From the NCBI RefSeq assembly GCF_009914755.1, contig NC_060943.1: a stretch of 64,000 nucleotides of DNA; one strand, given 5' to 3'. Of this stretch, positions 41,669-61,680 are shown one piece after another; the first letter of the stretch is position 1, and each line of letters starts with the position of its first letter. A program made the translations under genes and the position numbers. Below the pieces are notes generated by a model, which saw only the letters and a program-made list of their open reading frames with translations, made no database searches and was not told the origin of the DNA. Source of the stretch: the human T2T-CHM13v2.0 reference genome, Homo sapiens.

Positions 41669-43126
41669 TAGTAGAGATGCAGTTTCCCCATGTTGGCCAG
41701 CCTGTTCTCGAACTCCTGACCTCGTGCTCCACTTGCCTCAGCCTCCCAAGGTGCTGGGATTACAGGTTGTGAGTCGTCGTGCCCAGCCGTTAGTCAGTTC
41801 TTATTCCTTATAATGCTGTGTATTTTCTTGACCTCATACATCAGAAGGTAGTGATCTTAACATGTATTTCAGTTCTTATATTGTGTGCTGGTGGTTAAGT
41901 AGATGTTGTGGCTTTTTTCTTAAGAGGGAATTGTTTAGAATTCTGCAGGCTGTATAAATGTACTTATTTGCTTGCTGGTTTTATCATGGGTTACAATATT
42001 TTATTAATTAATTTTTATAATTTTGCATATGGCTTTTCAGTATGTGGTATGCAATATAACTGACACACTCCACTCGTTAATGTCAAAAGTGCCACCAGGT
42101 GCAGTGGCTCACACCGGCAATCCCAGAAATTTGGGAGGCCAAAGGGGGTGGAGACCAGCCTGGCCAACATGGTGAAACCCGGTCTCTACCAAAAACACAC
42201 AAACTAGCCAGTCATAGTGGTGTGTGCCTGTAATCCCAGGTACTTAAGAGGCTGAGGCAGGAGAATCACTTCAACCCAGCAGGCAGAGGTTGCAGTGAGC
42301 TGAGATGGCACCATGGCACTTCAAGCTGGAATGCAAGACTGTCTCAAAAAAATAAAACTACAAAAAATGGTTTCAAAAGTCACTATGTGCCTGTTCTGTG
42401 TGGATATATGTAATTTTATGACATTTATTGAGAAAAGTATTGTATTAACTTTTTTTTTCTTTTTTTTCCTTTTTTTTTTCTGTTTGAGGCATAGTCTCAC
42501 TTTGTTGCCCAGTGTGGAGTGCAGTGGTGACATCTTGGCTCACTGCAACCTCTGCCTCCCCGGTTCAAGTGATTCTTGTGCCTCAGCCTCCTGAGTAACT
42601 GTGACTACAGGCACGGGCCAGCACACCTGGCTAATTTTTGTAATCTTTTCTTATCTTCTCAGTGCTATAATTGTTTGATAATACAGAATTTCCATTGCTT
42701 TTGGTTATCCTTACATGAGCTTGTTGTGGATTATTTACCAATATAGTATATTGTGTGGTGTTTTTTTTTTGCATTTATTTGTACACAGTAAATATGGTTT
42801 AAATATGAAGAGTATATATTTTTCTCTTCCTTGATGTGACAGTGATATGTTTTTTGCAAACTGTGATACACTGTAGGGTCACAGTGGAAAAATACTCCTT
42901 ACTTTAGGCTTACACATGTTTGTGCCCTGTCAGTGTTTTGTCATGATATAGGAAATAAGCTTTTATAGACTTGATTTGAAGGACATGTAATTGTCTGTTA
43001 TTTATTAAAGAATCTTACTACTTTTGTGTTCGTAAACTTTGAAGATCATGTTTGGGAAGTTTAAAATAAGTATTTTTTATTGTGTCATATTTACACACTT
43101 CAGTATGATTTACCATCTGCACTTAA

Positions 43127-45340
<2,214 letters not shown>

Positions 45341-45625
45341 AACTGTTCCCAATGCAGTGAGTATAGCAAACCATCAAGCATTAATTGACATTGGAGTCAA
45401 TTCAGCATTGACTTGAGTTTGTGTTGACTTAACATTGAGTTCAAGCCTTAATTGACATGCAAGTGTTTATGATAAGAGGATTGGGCCAGGTGCAGTGGAT
45501 CACGCCTGTAATCCCAGCACATTGGGAGGCCAAGGCACATAGGTCACTTGAGGTCAAGAGTTTGAAACAAGCATGGCCAAGAGATGTGAGCCAGTTTTCC
45601 CAGCCTGTTTATTATTATTTTTTGA

Positions 45626-45844
<219 letters not shown>

Positions 45845-48800
45845 TGATCCGCCCACCTCAGCCTCCCAAAGTGATGAGATTACAGGCATATGCCACCGCG
45901 CCTGGCATTGTTTCTTCTTTTCCTTTTTTTTTTTTTTTTTTTTTTTTTGAGATAGTACTTTTTAAAGAGATAGTACTTTTTTGAGATAGTACTTTTTTAA
46001 AGGGATATACCATAGTAGTTTTAAAAGGGATATCAGGCTGGGTGTGGCAGCTCACGCCGGTAATCCCAGCACTTTGGGAGGCCAAGGCAGGCAGATAACA
46101 AAGTCAGGAGATTGAGACCGTCCTGGCTAACACGGTGAAACCTCGTCTCTACTAAAAATACAAAAACTTAGCCGGGCATGGTGGTGGGCACCTGTAGTCT
46201 CAGCTACTCAGGGGGCTGAGGCTGGACAATGGTGTGAACCCAGGAGGCGGTGCTTGCAGGGAGCCGAGATCGTGCCACTGCACTCCAGGCTGGGCGACAG
46301 AGTGAGAGTCTGTCTCAAAAAAAAAAAAAAAAAAGATATCAAACCCGGGGTGTCTCATCCCACAGCACTTTGGAAGACTGAAGTGAGTGGATCATCTAAG
46401 ATCAGAGTTCAAGAGCACCCTGGCTAACATGGTGAAACCCCATCTCTACTAAAAATACAAAAGTTAGCCAGGGGTGGGGGTGTGCACCTTTAGTTCCAGC
46501 TACTTGGGACACTGAGGCATGAGAATCACTTAAACCTGGGAGGTAGAGGTTACAGCGAATCAAAACCGTGCCACTGTACTGCAGCGAGGTTGGCAGAGTG
46601 AGTCTCCATCTCAAACAAACAAATGAAAAAAACAGACATCAAAAATGCTTTTGTTCTCGTTGTGTCATAGACTTCCCTTTTTTTTCCTTCTGGTTCCTCT
46701 TCAGTTCTCTATTTATTTTTTCTTTTTTGCAGATTGAGTTTGAGATATATCTTAGTTTTAATAGTTTTATTTCTTAACACATAATGACTTCTGAAAGATG
46801 CCTTTGCAGCATCCTGTAATCAGCTCACATCATTCGTTTCTGTACTTGTATATTTTCCAGTTGTTTTCCGGTTGACCCCAAAATTCGTGAGATTTTTTTC
46901 CTACAACAATTTCAAAAGAGTTGCTGTTTGAAATTAGTTGCATCCAGTTCAGATCGAGGTCTGCATGCTTTCTAGTCTTTGTTATTTATTGGAAGGCTGT
47001 GGTACCTACTACTTAAGTTTGATTGTTGCAGTGTGTACTTGGTAAAGATGTCAGTGACCTTTTAAATAAACATCAAAATGTAGTTTAAGCAGTTAGTCTG
47101 TTTTTCAGTTTTCTTTCCTTATGTCATTTTTTAAAATCTTGAGCTGGGAGCTATTTATTGTGTGTTTCCCTCAAGGCCCTGTGGTCCATTCTGGAAAAAT
47201 GTTGAAACATGGGCTGGAGTGGCATAGAGCGCTGCTCCAAAAGCACCCATGTATTCTTTTCTTTTTTGGAAATGGAGTCTCGCTCTGTCAGCTTGGATGG
47301 AGTGCAGTGGTGCGATCTCAGCTCACTGCAACCTCTACCTCCTTGGATCAAGTGATGCTCCTGCCTCAGTCTCCTGAGGAGCTGGAATTACAGGCACCCA
47401 CCAGCACACCCAGCTAGTTTTTGTATTTTTAGTAGAGACAGGGTTTCACCATGTTTGTCAGGCTGGTCTCAAACTCCTGACCTCGCGATCCACCCGACTC
47501 AGCCTCCCACTGTGATGGGATTACAGGCATGAGCTACCACGTCGAGACTCTTTTTTTTTTTTTTTTTTAGATGGAGTTTTGCTTTTGTTGCTGAGGCTGG
47601 AGTGCAATGGTGCGATCTGGTGTCACTCCAATGTCTTCCTCCTGGGTTCAAGTGATTTCTCCTGCCTCATCCTACTGAGTAGTTGGGATTACAGGTGCCC
47701 TCCACCACTCCCGGCTCATTTTTTGCATTTTTAGTAGAGACAGGGTTTCATCATGTTGGCAGGCTGGTCTTGAACTCCTGACTTCAGGTGATCTGCCCAC
47801 CTCGACCTCCCAAAATGCTAGGATTACAAGCGTGAGCCATTGTGCCTGACCACTCATGTATTCTTGATTGAAATAATTTGCTTATTTCTTAGTTCTACAG
47901 CTGACCCTCTTTCACTGTTTCCAAGGTCAATAGCTGTGTGTTCACACTTCTGCATTTTATAAATGTTCCTGTGAGTTTTTTGTAAGGAAGAATTAACTGT
48001 CAGGAATCAATGTCATCAGAACCTTGCAAAAGAAGTTTCTTTAGCCCAGGTTTGTGAAAGAGGTTTCTCTAATTTTCAAGGATGGGGGTGATAAGAGCAA
48101 CCTTTGCCATTAGCCCTTCCAGGACCCCATGTAAGACTTTAGACACCTTCTCACTCATCTCAGACCTTCTCAGGGTAACTTGGTGAAAATGTCTTCCGAT
48201 CTGAGCCCCAGTGAGCCTCCCTGCAACTTGGCGACGAGGGGCTTGACCAGAAAAGGTCAACCCGAGTGTCCCTGACCGTTGAAATGATTGGCAAAATGGA
48301 GTGCGTGTCTGGGTGTGGCTTTTTTTTTTTTGAGGAGTGCCCAGTTGTGATTAGAATTTTCAATGGGATGCAGTGCCCTAAAAATGAAAAACAAAAGCAG
48401 AAGAATGGAAGAAATAGAGGTAGACTCAGACACAGAGACCATCTTCAAGGCCTTTCTCTGTATGAGGACATCACAGCAAAATCTAAAGCAGGTCACGTCA
48501 ATCCCTGGCAGGGAACCCTCCACCGGCTTCCCGTGTTCCCCAGGACAAAAGCCCAACCCCTCACTGTGGCTCCACAGCCCCGTGTGCAGGGCCCCTGCCA
48601 GTGTCCAGCCTCCTCCTGGCAGCTTGCCCTCATCTCATGACTCCCTCTGCCCCAGTCACATTTGCTTTTCTCTTTTCCCAAACATCAAAACCCTTCCTGT
48701 CTCAGGTCATTGTCCCTGCTCTTACCCTATGTACCCTGTCCCTTTCTCCTCCTTCAGGTCTAGGCTCAGAGCTCTCTCCCATGCCCTCCCACCCCTGGTC

Positions 48801-49075
48801 TCAAGCTCCTGAGCTCAAGTGATCTACCCACCTCGGCCTCCTAGAGTGCTGGGATGACAGGCATGAGCCACTGCAACCAGCCTCTGCATGGGGTTTCCTC
48901 AACTTTAGGTCTGTGCCCTGAAGGGGAGCTCATTCCAGCCCAGTTCCCAACTGCTGCAGCATGTGTGTGTGGGCTTCTCCAGAAGGGGAGCCAGAGTTTC
49001 CCTGTAGGAGTTTATCCTCCATGGTGAGGAGGGCCGCAGGGGGGACTGTATTTGCTCAGGGTGAGGTCTCCTTTG

Positions 49076-49508
49076 TGTCAGGCCTCTGAGCCCAAGCTAA
49101 GCCATCGTATCCCCTGTCACCTGCACGTATACATCCAGATGGCCTGAAGCAACTGAAGATCCACGAAAGAAGTGAAAATACCCTTAAGTGATGACATTCC
49201 ACCATTGTGATTTATTTCTGCACCATCTTGACTGATCAATGTGCTTTGTAATCTCCCCCACCCTTCAGAAGGCTCTTTGTAATCCTCCCCACCCTTGAGA
49301 ATGGACTTGGTGAGATCCACCCCCTGCCTGCAAAGCATTGCCCCTAACTCCACCGCCTGTCCCAAAAGCTACAAGAACTAATGATAATCCCACCATACTT
49401 TGCTGACTCTCTTTTCACACTCAGCCCGCCTGCACCCAGGTGAAATAAACAGCCTCGTTGCTCACACAAAGCCTGTTTAGTGGTCTCTTCACACGGACGA
49501 GTGTGACA
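49076..49508 (+). mobile_element. LTR7B (HERV-H type II) solo LTR
   Basis: TGTCAGGCCTCTGAGCCC start, GGCCTGAAGCAACTGAAGATCC, tandem CTTTGTAATC.CCCCCACCCTT repeats, AATAAA at 49444-49449, ends GTGTGACA. Confidence 0.88.
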
Positions 49509-49580
49509 CTGTATGTGTGGTTGTGTTCCAGGGAGGGGGTGTGTGGATTCTGAGCAATAAACAGCATTTTTAACATTCAT

Positions 49581-49668
49581 GATTGACTTCTAAAGACTGT
49601 TGGTACGTGAGGAAGAAACCTGGAAGAGGAAGAGGAAAGCAAAGGAGTCAGGAATGGCTCTTCCTCAG
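49581..49668 (+). pseudogene. Orphan paralogue of the start-codon exon (…GMALPQ|GT) with a dead acceptor
   Basis: GATTGACTTCTAAAGACT...GGAATGGCTCTTCCTCAG|GTGAG. The acceptor reads CAT instead of CAG. Flanking intron resembles 34500-34920. Confidence 0.8.
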
Positions 49669-50282
49669 GTGAGATGATATTCTCGGTGGATTGTTCTGTC
49701 TCCTTCCTCTCAGAAACCCTGGGCCTTGGAGTTGGGAATCTTCTCTGGGTCTCAAGTGTCCTGCCTGACAGGTTTGCTCACACCCATGTCTTCCTTCAGT
49801 CCCTCTCATCTCACTTAGATTCCATCTCTTGTAACCCAGTGACATGAATTTGGGAAGAGGCTGCACTGGGCATGGTCCTGGGAAGGGCTCACACCCAGAC
49901 ATGGATGGAGACAGGGTGAGGGTCCTGTGGTGTCAGTGCTGTTGGGCAGCGGGGATTGTTCAGGGGCCACATCTGGATGCTCTGTCAGCTTTCTGTGGAC
50001 CAGGATTAGAGCAGCTGCCAATGGGAGTCGCGTATGAATGTGCACAAAGTACGTGTAAATTCTAGAAAACGAAACCAAAAACAGAAAATCTTTTTTCCCC
50101 CTGATTTTATACTACATTTTTAGGTAATGGATTGAGTTCGTGTTTCTGACTCCAAAAATCGTACTAATTAGAATGGAAAGTTCATACAGACATGAATGAT
50201 AGAAGGTGTTTTATTCCATCATTAGTTTAAGAATAGGAAATCAACCTGAATAATAGCAGGAGATTCATTCAACCACTCTTAA

Positions 50283-50633
<351 letters not shown>

Positions 50634-51506
50634 TAGCCACTGTGCTGGGTCCTTTTGAGTTTCTGATTAGCGTTGCCAAAGGAGGCACTCAGATATGCAT
50701 GTATGTCAGGGAGCAGAGCGGTGACTTTGAATAGAAGGTGAGTCTGGTTTCCTAAGCAGTTCCTAGCTTGATTTTACCTTTTGCTTAGTGATTTGGGGCT
50801 CCATATTCATTTTCCTTTCACACAGCCCAACCCTCACACCACCTGTGGTCTATCTTGCCTGTTCTGTGTGATTACTGTTGTGCCTTTGTCATCCACTGTC
50901 TGGATCCTAGTGAGAACAAGGCCCCAAGGGGAGGGCAGAGCCAAAACATGGGGCTGTGCTGGGCTCGCCCCGTCTGAGTGGAGCTCAACCCTGGCTTCAC
51001 ATTAGAGTGCAGAGCATTTTGCAAATAGAGCTTTTGTGCTGCTTTAGCAGGGATTCTTATTCTGACGGGATGGAACCCACCCTCAGTAATACCTGCAGTG
51101 GCCCAGGTGCTTGTCATCTGTGTGCAGCATTGAGCATCGAAGCTCTGTATCCTCCATTTCTGAGTGCTGAGCTCAGCCTGTGATCCAGAGAGGTGAGGGG
51201 TTGTCCTCTGGATGCGGTTTGATTAGGGATGGGTCTGTGCCCTGAAGGGGAGATCAGTCCAGCCCAGCTCCCCACTGCTGCCTAGTGTGTGGGGGCTTTT
51301 CTAGGAGGGGAGTGAGATCTGAAGACCAGGGTCAGATATACACTTGTAGGTCTTCCTGTGGTAGTTTCTTATCTCTGCATGATCTCTGGTGCAGTGGGCA
51401 GCAGAGGACCGTCTTTCTACAGGGTGAGGTCTCCCCTGTCTGTTTTTGCCCCAGGAAGGGAGTGAGTCATTTCTAACATGAAAGCTCGTCTTTTTTTTTT
51501 TTTTTT

Positions 51507-53839
<2,333 letters not shown>

Positions 53840-53853
53840 TTTTTCACATACAG

Positions 53854-54910
<1,057 letters not shown>

Positions 54911-55234
54911 TCAGTTCCTCTCATCTGCTCTGAGATTCCATCTCCTGTGACCCAGTGACAAGAGCTTCTTAAGAAGCTCCACTGGGCATGGTCCTGGGAG
55001 GGGCTCACACCCAGACATGGATGGACACGGGGTGTGGGCCCCTTGGTGTCAGTGCTGCTGGACAGCCTGGATGGTTCAGGGGCCACATCTGGATGTCAGC
55101 TCTTTGTGGACCAGATCAGAGAAACAACATATGAAATACATGTTAATGTGCACAGATATCTGGTAAATTCTGAAAAAGGAGACCAATAAAGGGAGATAGT
55201 TTGTATCTGACTTGGTAATGCATTTGAAATCACT

Positions 55235-55800
55235 TTGGGGGCGGGGCCTGGTTAGACGGTGGGGGCCGGGCCTGGGGTGGGGCAAGAGGGAGGAGGCTGC
55301 TTGGAGGTCGCTCTGGACAGCGGGACGGGGCGGGGCCAGAGGTTTATCCTCGTTTGGGGGCGGGACCTGAGATGGGGTGTTGTTCTTAAGGGCGGGGCCT
55401 GGCTGCGATGGGTCGGGGGCTCTCTCCTCAGCTGGGCCCATGATGTGACCTGCTGTCATCCTCTTGACCTCCAGGACTGGATCCCCGGGGTTCTGATTGG
55501 TGGATTGTTTCTGGTGTGCCGTGATATTACCCCTAATATCACAGGGATGCTTCCTGCCCTTTTTAAGTTAGCATTTCAAACAATCGAAGGTAAAACAACA
55601 TATTGTAGTGGGCCAACTGTACTGAACGCTGAATCGTTTTTTCTCTGAAGTTGAAAACGGTTTTAATGTAAAGCGCCTTTTTTGAGCAGGTAGAGTCGCG
55701 CATCCTGCAGGCGGGGCGAGCTCCCCTCAGGCTGGGGCAGGACGGGGGACAGGGGCAGGTACCTCGGTAAAGGGGTGGAGTGGGGCGCTGCTTACAAAGG
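55235..55800. promoter_or_regulatory. GC-box-rich segment upstream of the second promoter
   Basis: Multiple GGGGCGGGGC, a CTGATTGG CCAAT-like box and CpG enrichment. Confidence 0.45.
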
Positions 55801-56278
55801 GGACTGACAATTAGAATGGCTTAGTAAACTAAGCAAGGTCCTGGGTTGTTTGAGTGGATAATGGAAATAGAAAGGTGACATGGAAAACTGCCTATTATAC
55901 ACCTATTATAAAGGTGGAGGAAATTTTCATATTTCATGGAAATAAAGCCAGAACTCGGAGCGGTGGATCACATCTGTCATCCCAGCACTTTCAGAGGCCG
56001 AGGTGGGAGGATTGCTTGAACCCAGGAGTGTGTGATCAGCCAGGGCATAATAGTGAGACCTCGTCTCTACTAAAAATAAAAAAAAAATCAGCCAGATGTG
56101 GTGGTGCACACCTGTGTTCTCAGCTGCTCGGGGCGCTGAGATGAAAACATCACTTGAGGCCGGGCGCAGTGGCTCACGCCTGTAATCCCAGCACTTTGGG
56201 AGGCTGAGACGGGCAGATCACCTGAGGTCGGGAGTTCGAGACCAGCCTTACCAACAAGGAGAAACTCCGTCTCTACTA

Positions 56279-56560
<282 letters not shown>

Positions 56561-56744
56561 CTAGACCCCGTCTCAAACAAGCAAGCAAATAAGTGAGAGG
56601 CGTAATTCCTCCTTCAAAAATAAAGGAAGAGATTTTCTTTCATGTAGTCTCTTTTCTTAGGATATTTATTTAGAAAATGTGTAAATGAATTTTCTCTGTC
56701 TTCTGAAGCGGTATGTTATTTGAGACAGAGTTTCGCGCTTGTAG

Positions 56745-57018
<274 letters not shown>

Positions 57019-57139
57019 TAGAAAAGAACTAAACTGTTTTTTAGCTTAATGACCCAGGGATGTATTTCCGAAGGACTTGGGAGCTCTCTTTGAAAGGCAA
57101 CCAACAACAGAGATAGCACTTGTGTCTCAGTAGGAAATT

Positions 57140-57921
57140 AAATTATTCAAACATCAAGTGATTCCAATTTAAAGCAATGGATATTTAAATAATTCTGAGC
57201 CTTGAGAGGAATGTGGTCATGCAACCAGAGTCCAGTGGAATGCAGGCGCAACTTCTAAGAGTTTTCCTGTAAATAATTTGGAAAACTGGCCATGCACAGT
57301 GGCTCACGCCTGTCATCTCAGCACTTTGGGAGACTGAGGCTGGCAGATCACGAGGTCAGGAGACAGAGATCATACTGGCCAACATGGTGAAACCCCGTCC
57401 CTAATAAAAATACAAAAATTAGCTGGGCATGTTGGTGCATGCCTCTAGTACCGTCTATTCTGGAGGCTGAGCCATGAGCATAGGGAGTCGGAGGTTGCAG
57501 TGAGCCGAGATTGCGCCACTGTACTCCATCCTGGCGACAGAGCGATTCTCCATCTCAAAATAAATACATAAATAGCAATAAAAATAAAAAAAATAATTAG
57601 GAAGACTAAGCAGCCCCAGCGATATGACCTCCTCAGAGCATTGTGCCTTCTTACGCAGTGATAAAGTAACCTTCCTTGAAGTGTATCAATCCATCACCAA
57701 TCAACTTGCTGCAACCTATGCACTGGTCTTGAATGGAAAACGTGGTGATTCTGCTAAAGCATCTCTGTCTTTCCCTGTGTGTGAAACCTTAACGTCTCTA
57801 CTTTGGAACGCTGATCCCATTTATTTGGAGTTGATGTTTCCAGGTGGCTTTCTTCAAGCTTTGTGTTCACATTAACTCTGTACTTAATCATATATTTTAA
57901 ATTTTATTATTTACTGCTGAC
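57140..57921 (+). mobile_element. MER34-like ERV1 LTR with an Alu inside, within an older LTR remnant
   Basis: AATAATTCTGAGCCTTGAGAGGAATGTGG...GTGAAACCTTAAC...ACTTTGGAACGCTGA...TGACA. Confidence 0.55.
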
Positions 57922-58964
57922 ATCAATTTCTGTCGTATGGTAGGCGCCTGACCAGAGAGGGCACCTGTCGCCATGTTGTAAAACTCAAACTTGCCAAAAA
58001 GACATGGGTTAGGGTTTCTTCCCCTCCCTCGGGATGAAGCTAGTTAGCTGACACAGATGGTCACCTCCATTACCAAGTAGAGCCAGGATGAACTATGTGC
58101 GACCAAGGGTGTTGTCAAGTCCTCTTCCCTGAGGACTGATTAGTGTTTATCTTGAAAATATGTCCTTAATGGGTTGTATAGAACAGTGAAGTTTCTTTCT
58201 CTCTTTTCAACCTCTTAGCTGTTTGCCTCTATTTCCCATCACATTCTGGTCAAGGCTTATTGATTTATTTATTTAGAGACGGAATCTCTTCTGTCGCCCA
58301 GGCTAGAGTGCAATGGTGCGATCTCGGCTCATTGCAAGCTCCGCCTTCTGGGTTCACGCCATTCTTCTGCCTCAGCCTCTCCGAGTAGCTGGGACTACAG
58401 GCGCTGGGCACCACGCCCGGCTGATTTTTTTTTTTTGTTTTTTTTGAGACCGAGTCTTGCTCTGTCACCCAGGCTGGAGTGCAGTGGTGCTATCTTGGCT
58501 CACTGCCAGCTCCGCCTCCTGGGTTCACGCCATTCTCCTGCCTCAGCCTCCCCAGCAGCTGGGACACAGGTGCACGCCACCACACCTGGCTAATTTTTTT
58601 GTATTTTTAGTAGAGACGGGGTTTCACCATGTTAGCCAGGATGACCTCGATCTCCTGACCTCGTGATCCGCCTGCTTCAGCCTCCCAAAGTGCTGGGATT
58701 ACAAGCGTGAGCCCCCATGCCCGGTCCTAAGGTTTATTTATTAACAAAATGGTTTTTATTTCTTTCTCTGTTATCGTCGTGGAGATGATTTCTCATTTGG
58801 GATAATATTTTTTAGTTTTCAATTATATTTTGTCAACATTTAAAAAGCAAAGTAAAGAATATTTCTTGGGCCAGGCATGTTGGCTGACGCATGTAATCCC
58901 AGCATTTTGGGAGGCTGACACAGGCAAATAACTTAAAGTGAGGAGTTCGATACCGGCCAGGTCA

Positions 58965-59255
<291 letters not shown>

Positions 59256-59280
59256 CTATGTCACACCATCAAAAATTTTA

Positions 59281-59658
<378 letters not shown>

Positions 59659-59989
59659 TTACTTTGTCGCCCAGGCTGGCTTGGGACCCCAGGCTCAGCA
59701 ATTCTCTCCGTTGCTTCCTGAGTAGCTGGGACCTGAGGCTCCCGCCCCCGCGCCTCTGCTGTGTTTAAGCAGCAGGTGGTGACCTCACTCCTTCCTGGCC
59801 TAAGCACTCCGTCCCGCACCCCTGGCGGTGGCTTTAAGGAAGTCTCTGAAGCTGAGCTCAGGGTGGACTCTCCCTCCCTAGTGAATGGAGATAGAAAGGG
59901 AGAGGACATCTATTCTGTTCCGTGGGCCGTCACCATGACATCGTACATGCCGCCCAGGCAGGGCTTTGCATTTCACATTCTAGTTTGCA

Positions 59990-60950
59990 TCCCGGTTCCA
60001 GACAATTCCAGGGCTTTGGAATCATGCCTCAGACTTTCTGGCGCTCTCGCCTCCACAACCTAAAAACAGAGACGCTAGGAGAGAGGCTGAAAGACGCGCA
60101 AGTCCCGCCCCGGCCCCGCCCCGGCCCCGCCCTCTGCCGGTTCTAAAGGGCAAGGTCTCAGCGCCTCGCGCCCCGCCGCTACCTCGCCCAGGCCCCGCCC
60201 ACCTCCTCCCACCTCCCGCCCAGGCCTGGCTTCCGTCCTGCGCGCGGAGATTAACGCAAACCCGGAAGCGGATCGGGTGGAGTGAAGGTCACGTCGCCAT
60301 GGTGAGTTTTGCTCTGTGTTGCATTAAGTCTCCGCTTCCCAGGTCCCCGCCGCTTCTGTCCCTGGGACGTGGGGTCCCCACAGACCTGGAAATTCTCGCC
60401 CGTCTTCCTTCGCCCAGAGCAAATTGAGACAGCCCAGTGAGAGGCCGGGTGTCGCTTCCTTTCGGGTTTAAAGTCGTCTGGAGGCTGGTCCCGTCCCGGG
60501 TCTGTCTGCTATAGGGCAATGTATACACTTTCTATTGCGTAGTTTTTCTGCTCAAAACCTTCTTCTGACTCTTCCCTCCTCGCGCTATTTAAAGTCTTCA
60601 CCCACGAGGTGGATTCTTGCCCGGGGCGCACCTCCCAGCCACCCCTCGTCGGCCCCTGGAGCGTCGCGCCGCAGCCCCAGTCCCAGGGAGGCCGCGTCCT
60701 CTGCCTGGTCCTGGGATCTTGCAGACCCCATCCTTCTCCCAAGGCGCCGTCCCCCCTCCTCCCACCTCCCTACTCGTGCCAGAGCCTGCGGCTCCCCAGG
60801 TCTCTCCTCCGCAGTCACCGCTTCCATTGAACCCACACTGGGAAGGACGCAGGGCCCTGTCCTGTGACATGGGGTCTTCTTGCCTGCCGAGCTCCAGCCC
60901 TTGGAAAACGCGCTCCTCCGGGATGCAGGCGTCTTACTCCAAACCCTCCT
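59990..60950 (+). promoter_or_regulatory. ZNF808: CpG island promoter and non-coding exon 1 (~60250-60301) of the next KRAB-ZNF gene, probably ZNF808
   Basis: Clustered GC boxes, ETS site CCCGGAAG at 60261-60268, donor ATG|GTGAGT at 60302. The name is inferred from the known gene order downstream of ZNF578. Confidence 0.62.
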
Positions 60951-60969
60951 GCGATTGTGTGGGCCGAAG

Positions 60970-61680
60970 GGATCAGGAGACAGACAGCAGTAGAAAACCT
61001 GAGACAGAGAAAGAATAAGAAAGGCCCATAACAGATGGCAAAATAGAGGATTGGTGAGGGATATGCCAAGATATGGTGAAAGTGGAAAAAGAAAGCAACA
61101 AAATACCTAGAAAAGCAGGTGGAGAAAAGCAACTGGAGAAATGTAGAGAAAAGCTAGATGTACACAGAGATGAAGGACGGCAAGGTAGGGAGAGTGGCAG
61201 CAAAGAGGGAGGCTCATCAGAGTGAGGGAGAGAGGGAGGGATTTGGAGCCAGGGCAGACAGAGCAGAGTGGTGCTGGTGTCAAGGAGAACCGAGGGAGAA
61301 ACACAGCAGGGAGGACACCTGGGGATCTGGGGTGACACAGAGTGGGGACAGGGGAGTATATCAGGGAAGAGAGAATTTAACAGGGAGAGCAGAGGAGGCG
61401 CAGAGATGGGTGAAGAGGCAGAAATAGATGGAGATTGAGGACGATTGAAAGATTGGGGAGAAGGAGCAATAAGAGGTTAAATAAGTTGCGAGGATGGAGC
61501 AGAAGAGATGGAAGAGAAGGAATAGAGGGAAGAAGGGGGATAAACAGCAGAAGAGAAGAGGGGTACAAAATGAAGAGCAGAATCCCAGGGAGAAAGAAAA
61601 GAAAACAAGAGCTAGAGAGAGAAGGGGGAGAATGAGAGATATGTACAGAATTAGGGAGGGAAGCGCAGTAATGAAGAAAG
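60970..61680. repeat. Purine-rich low-complexity intron-1 tract (paralogues at 19030-19640 and 26080-26780)
   Basis: GA-rich sequence with shared GAGGGAGAAACACAGCAGGGAGGACAC and AAGAGGTTAAATAAG. Confidence 0.8.
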
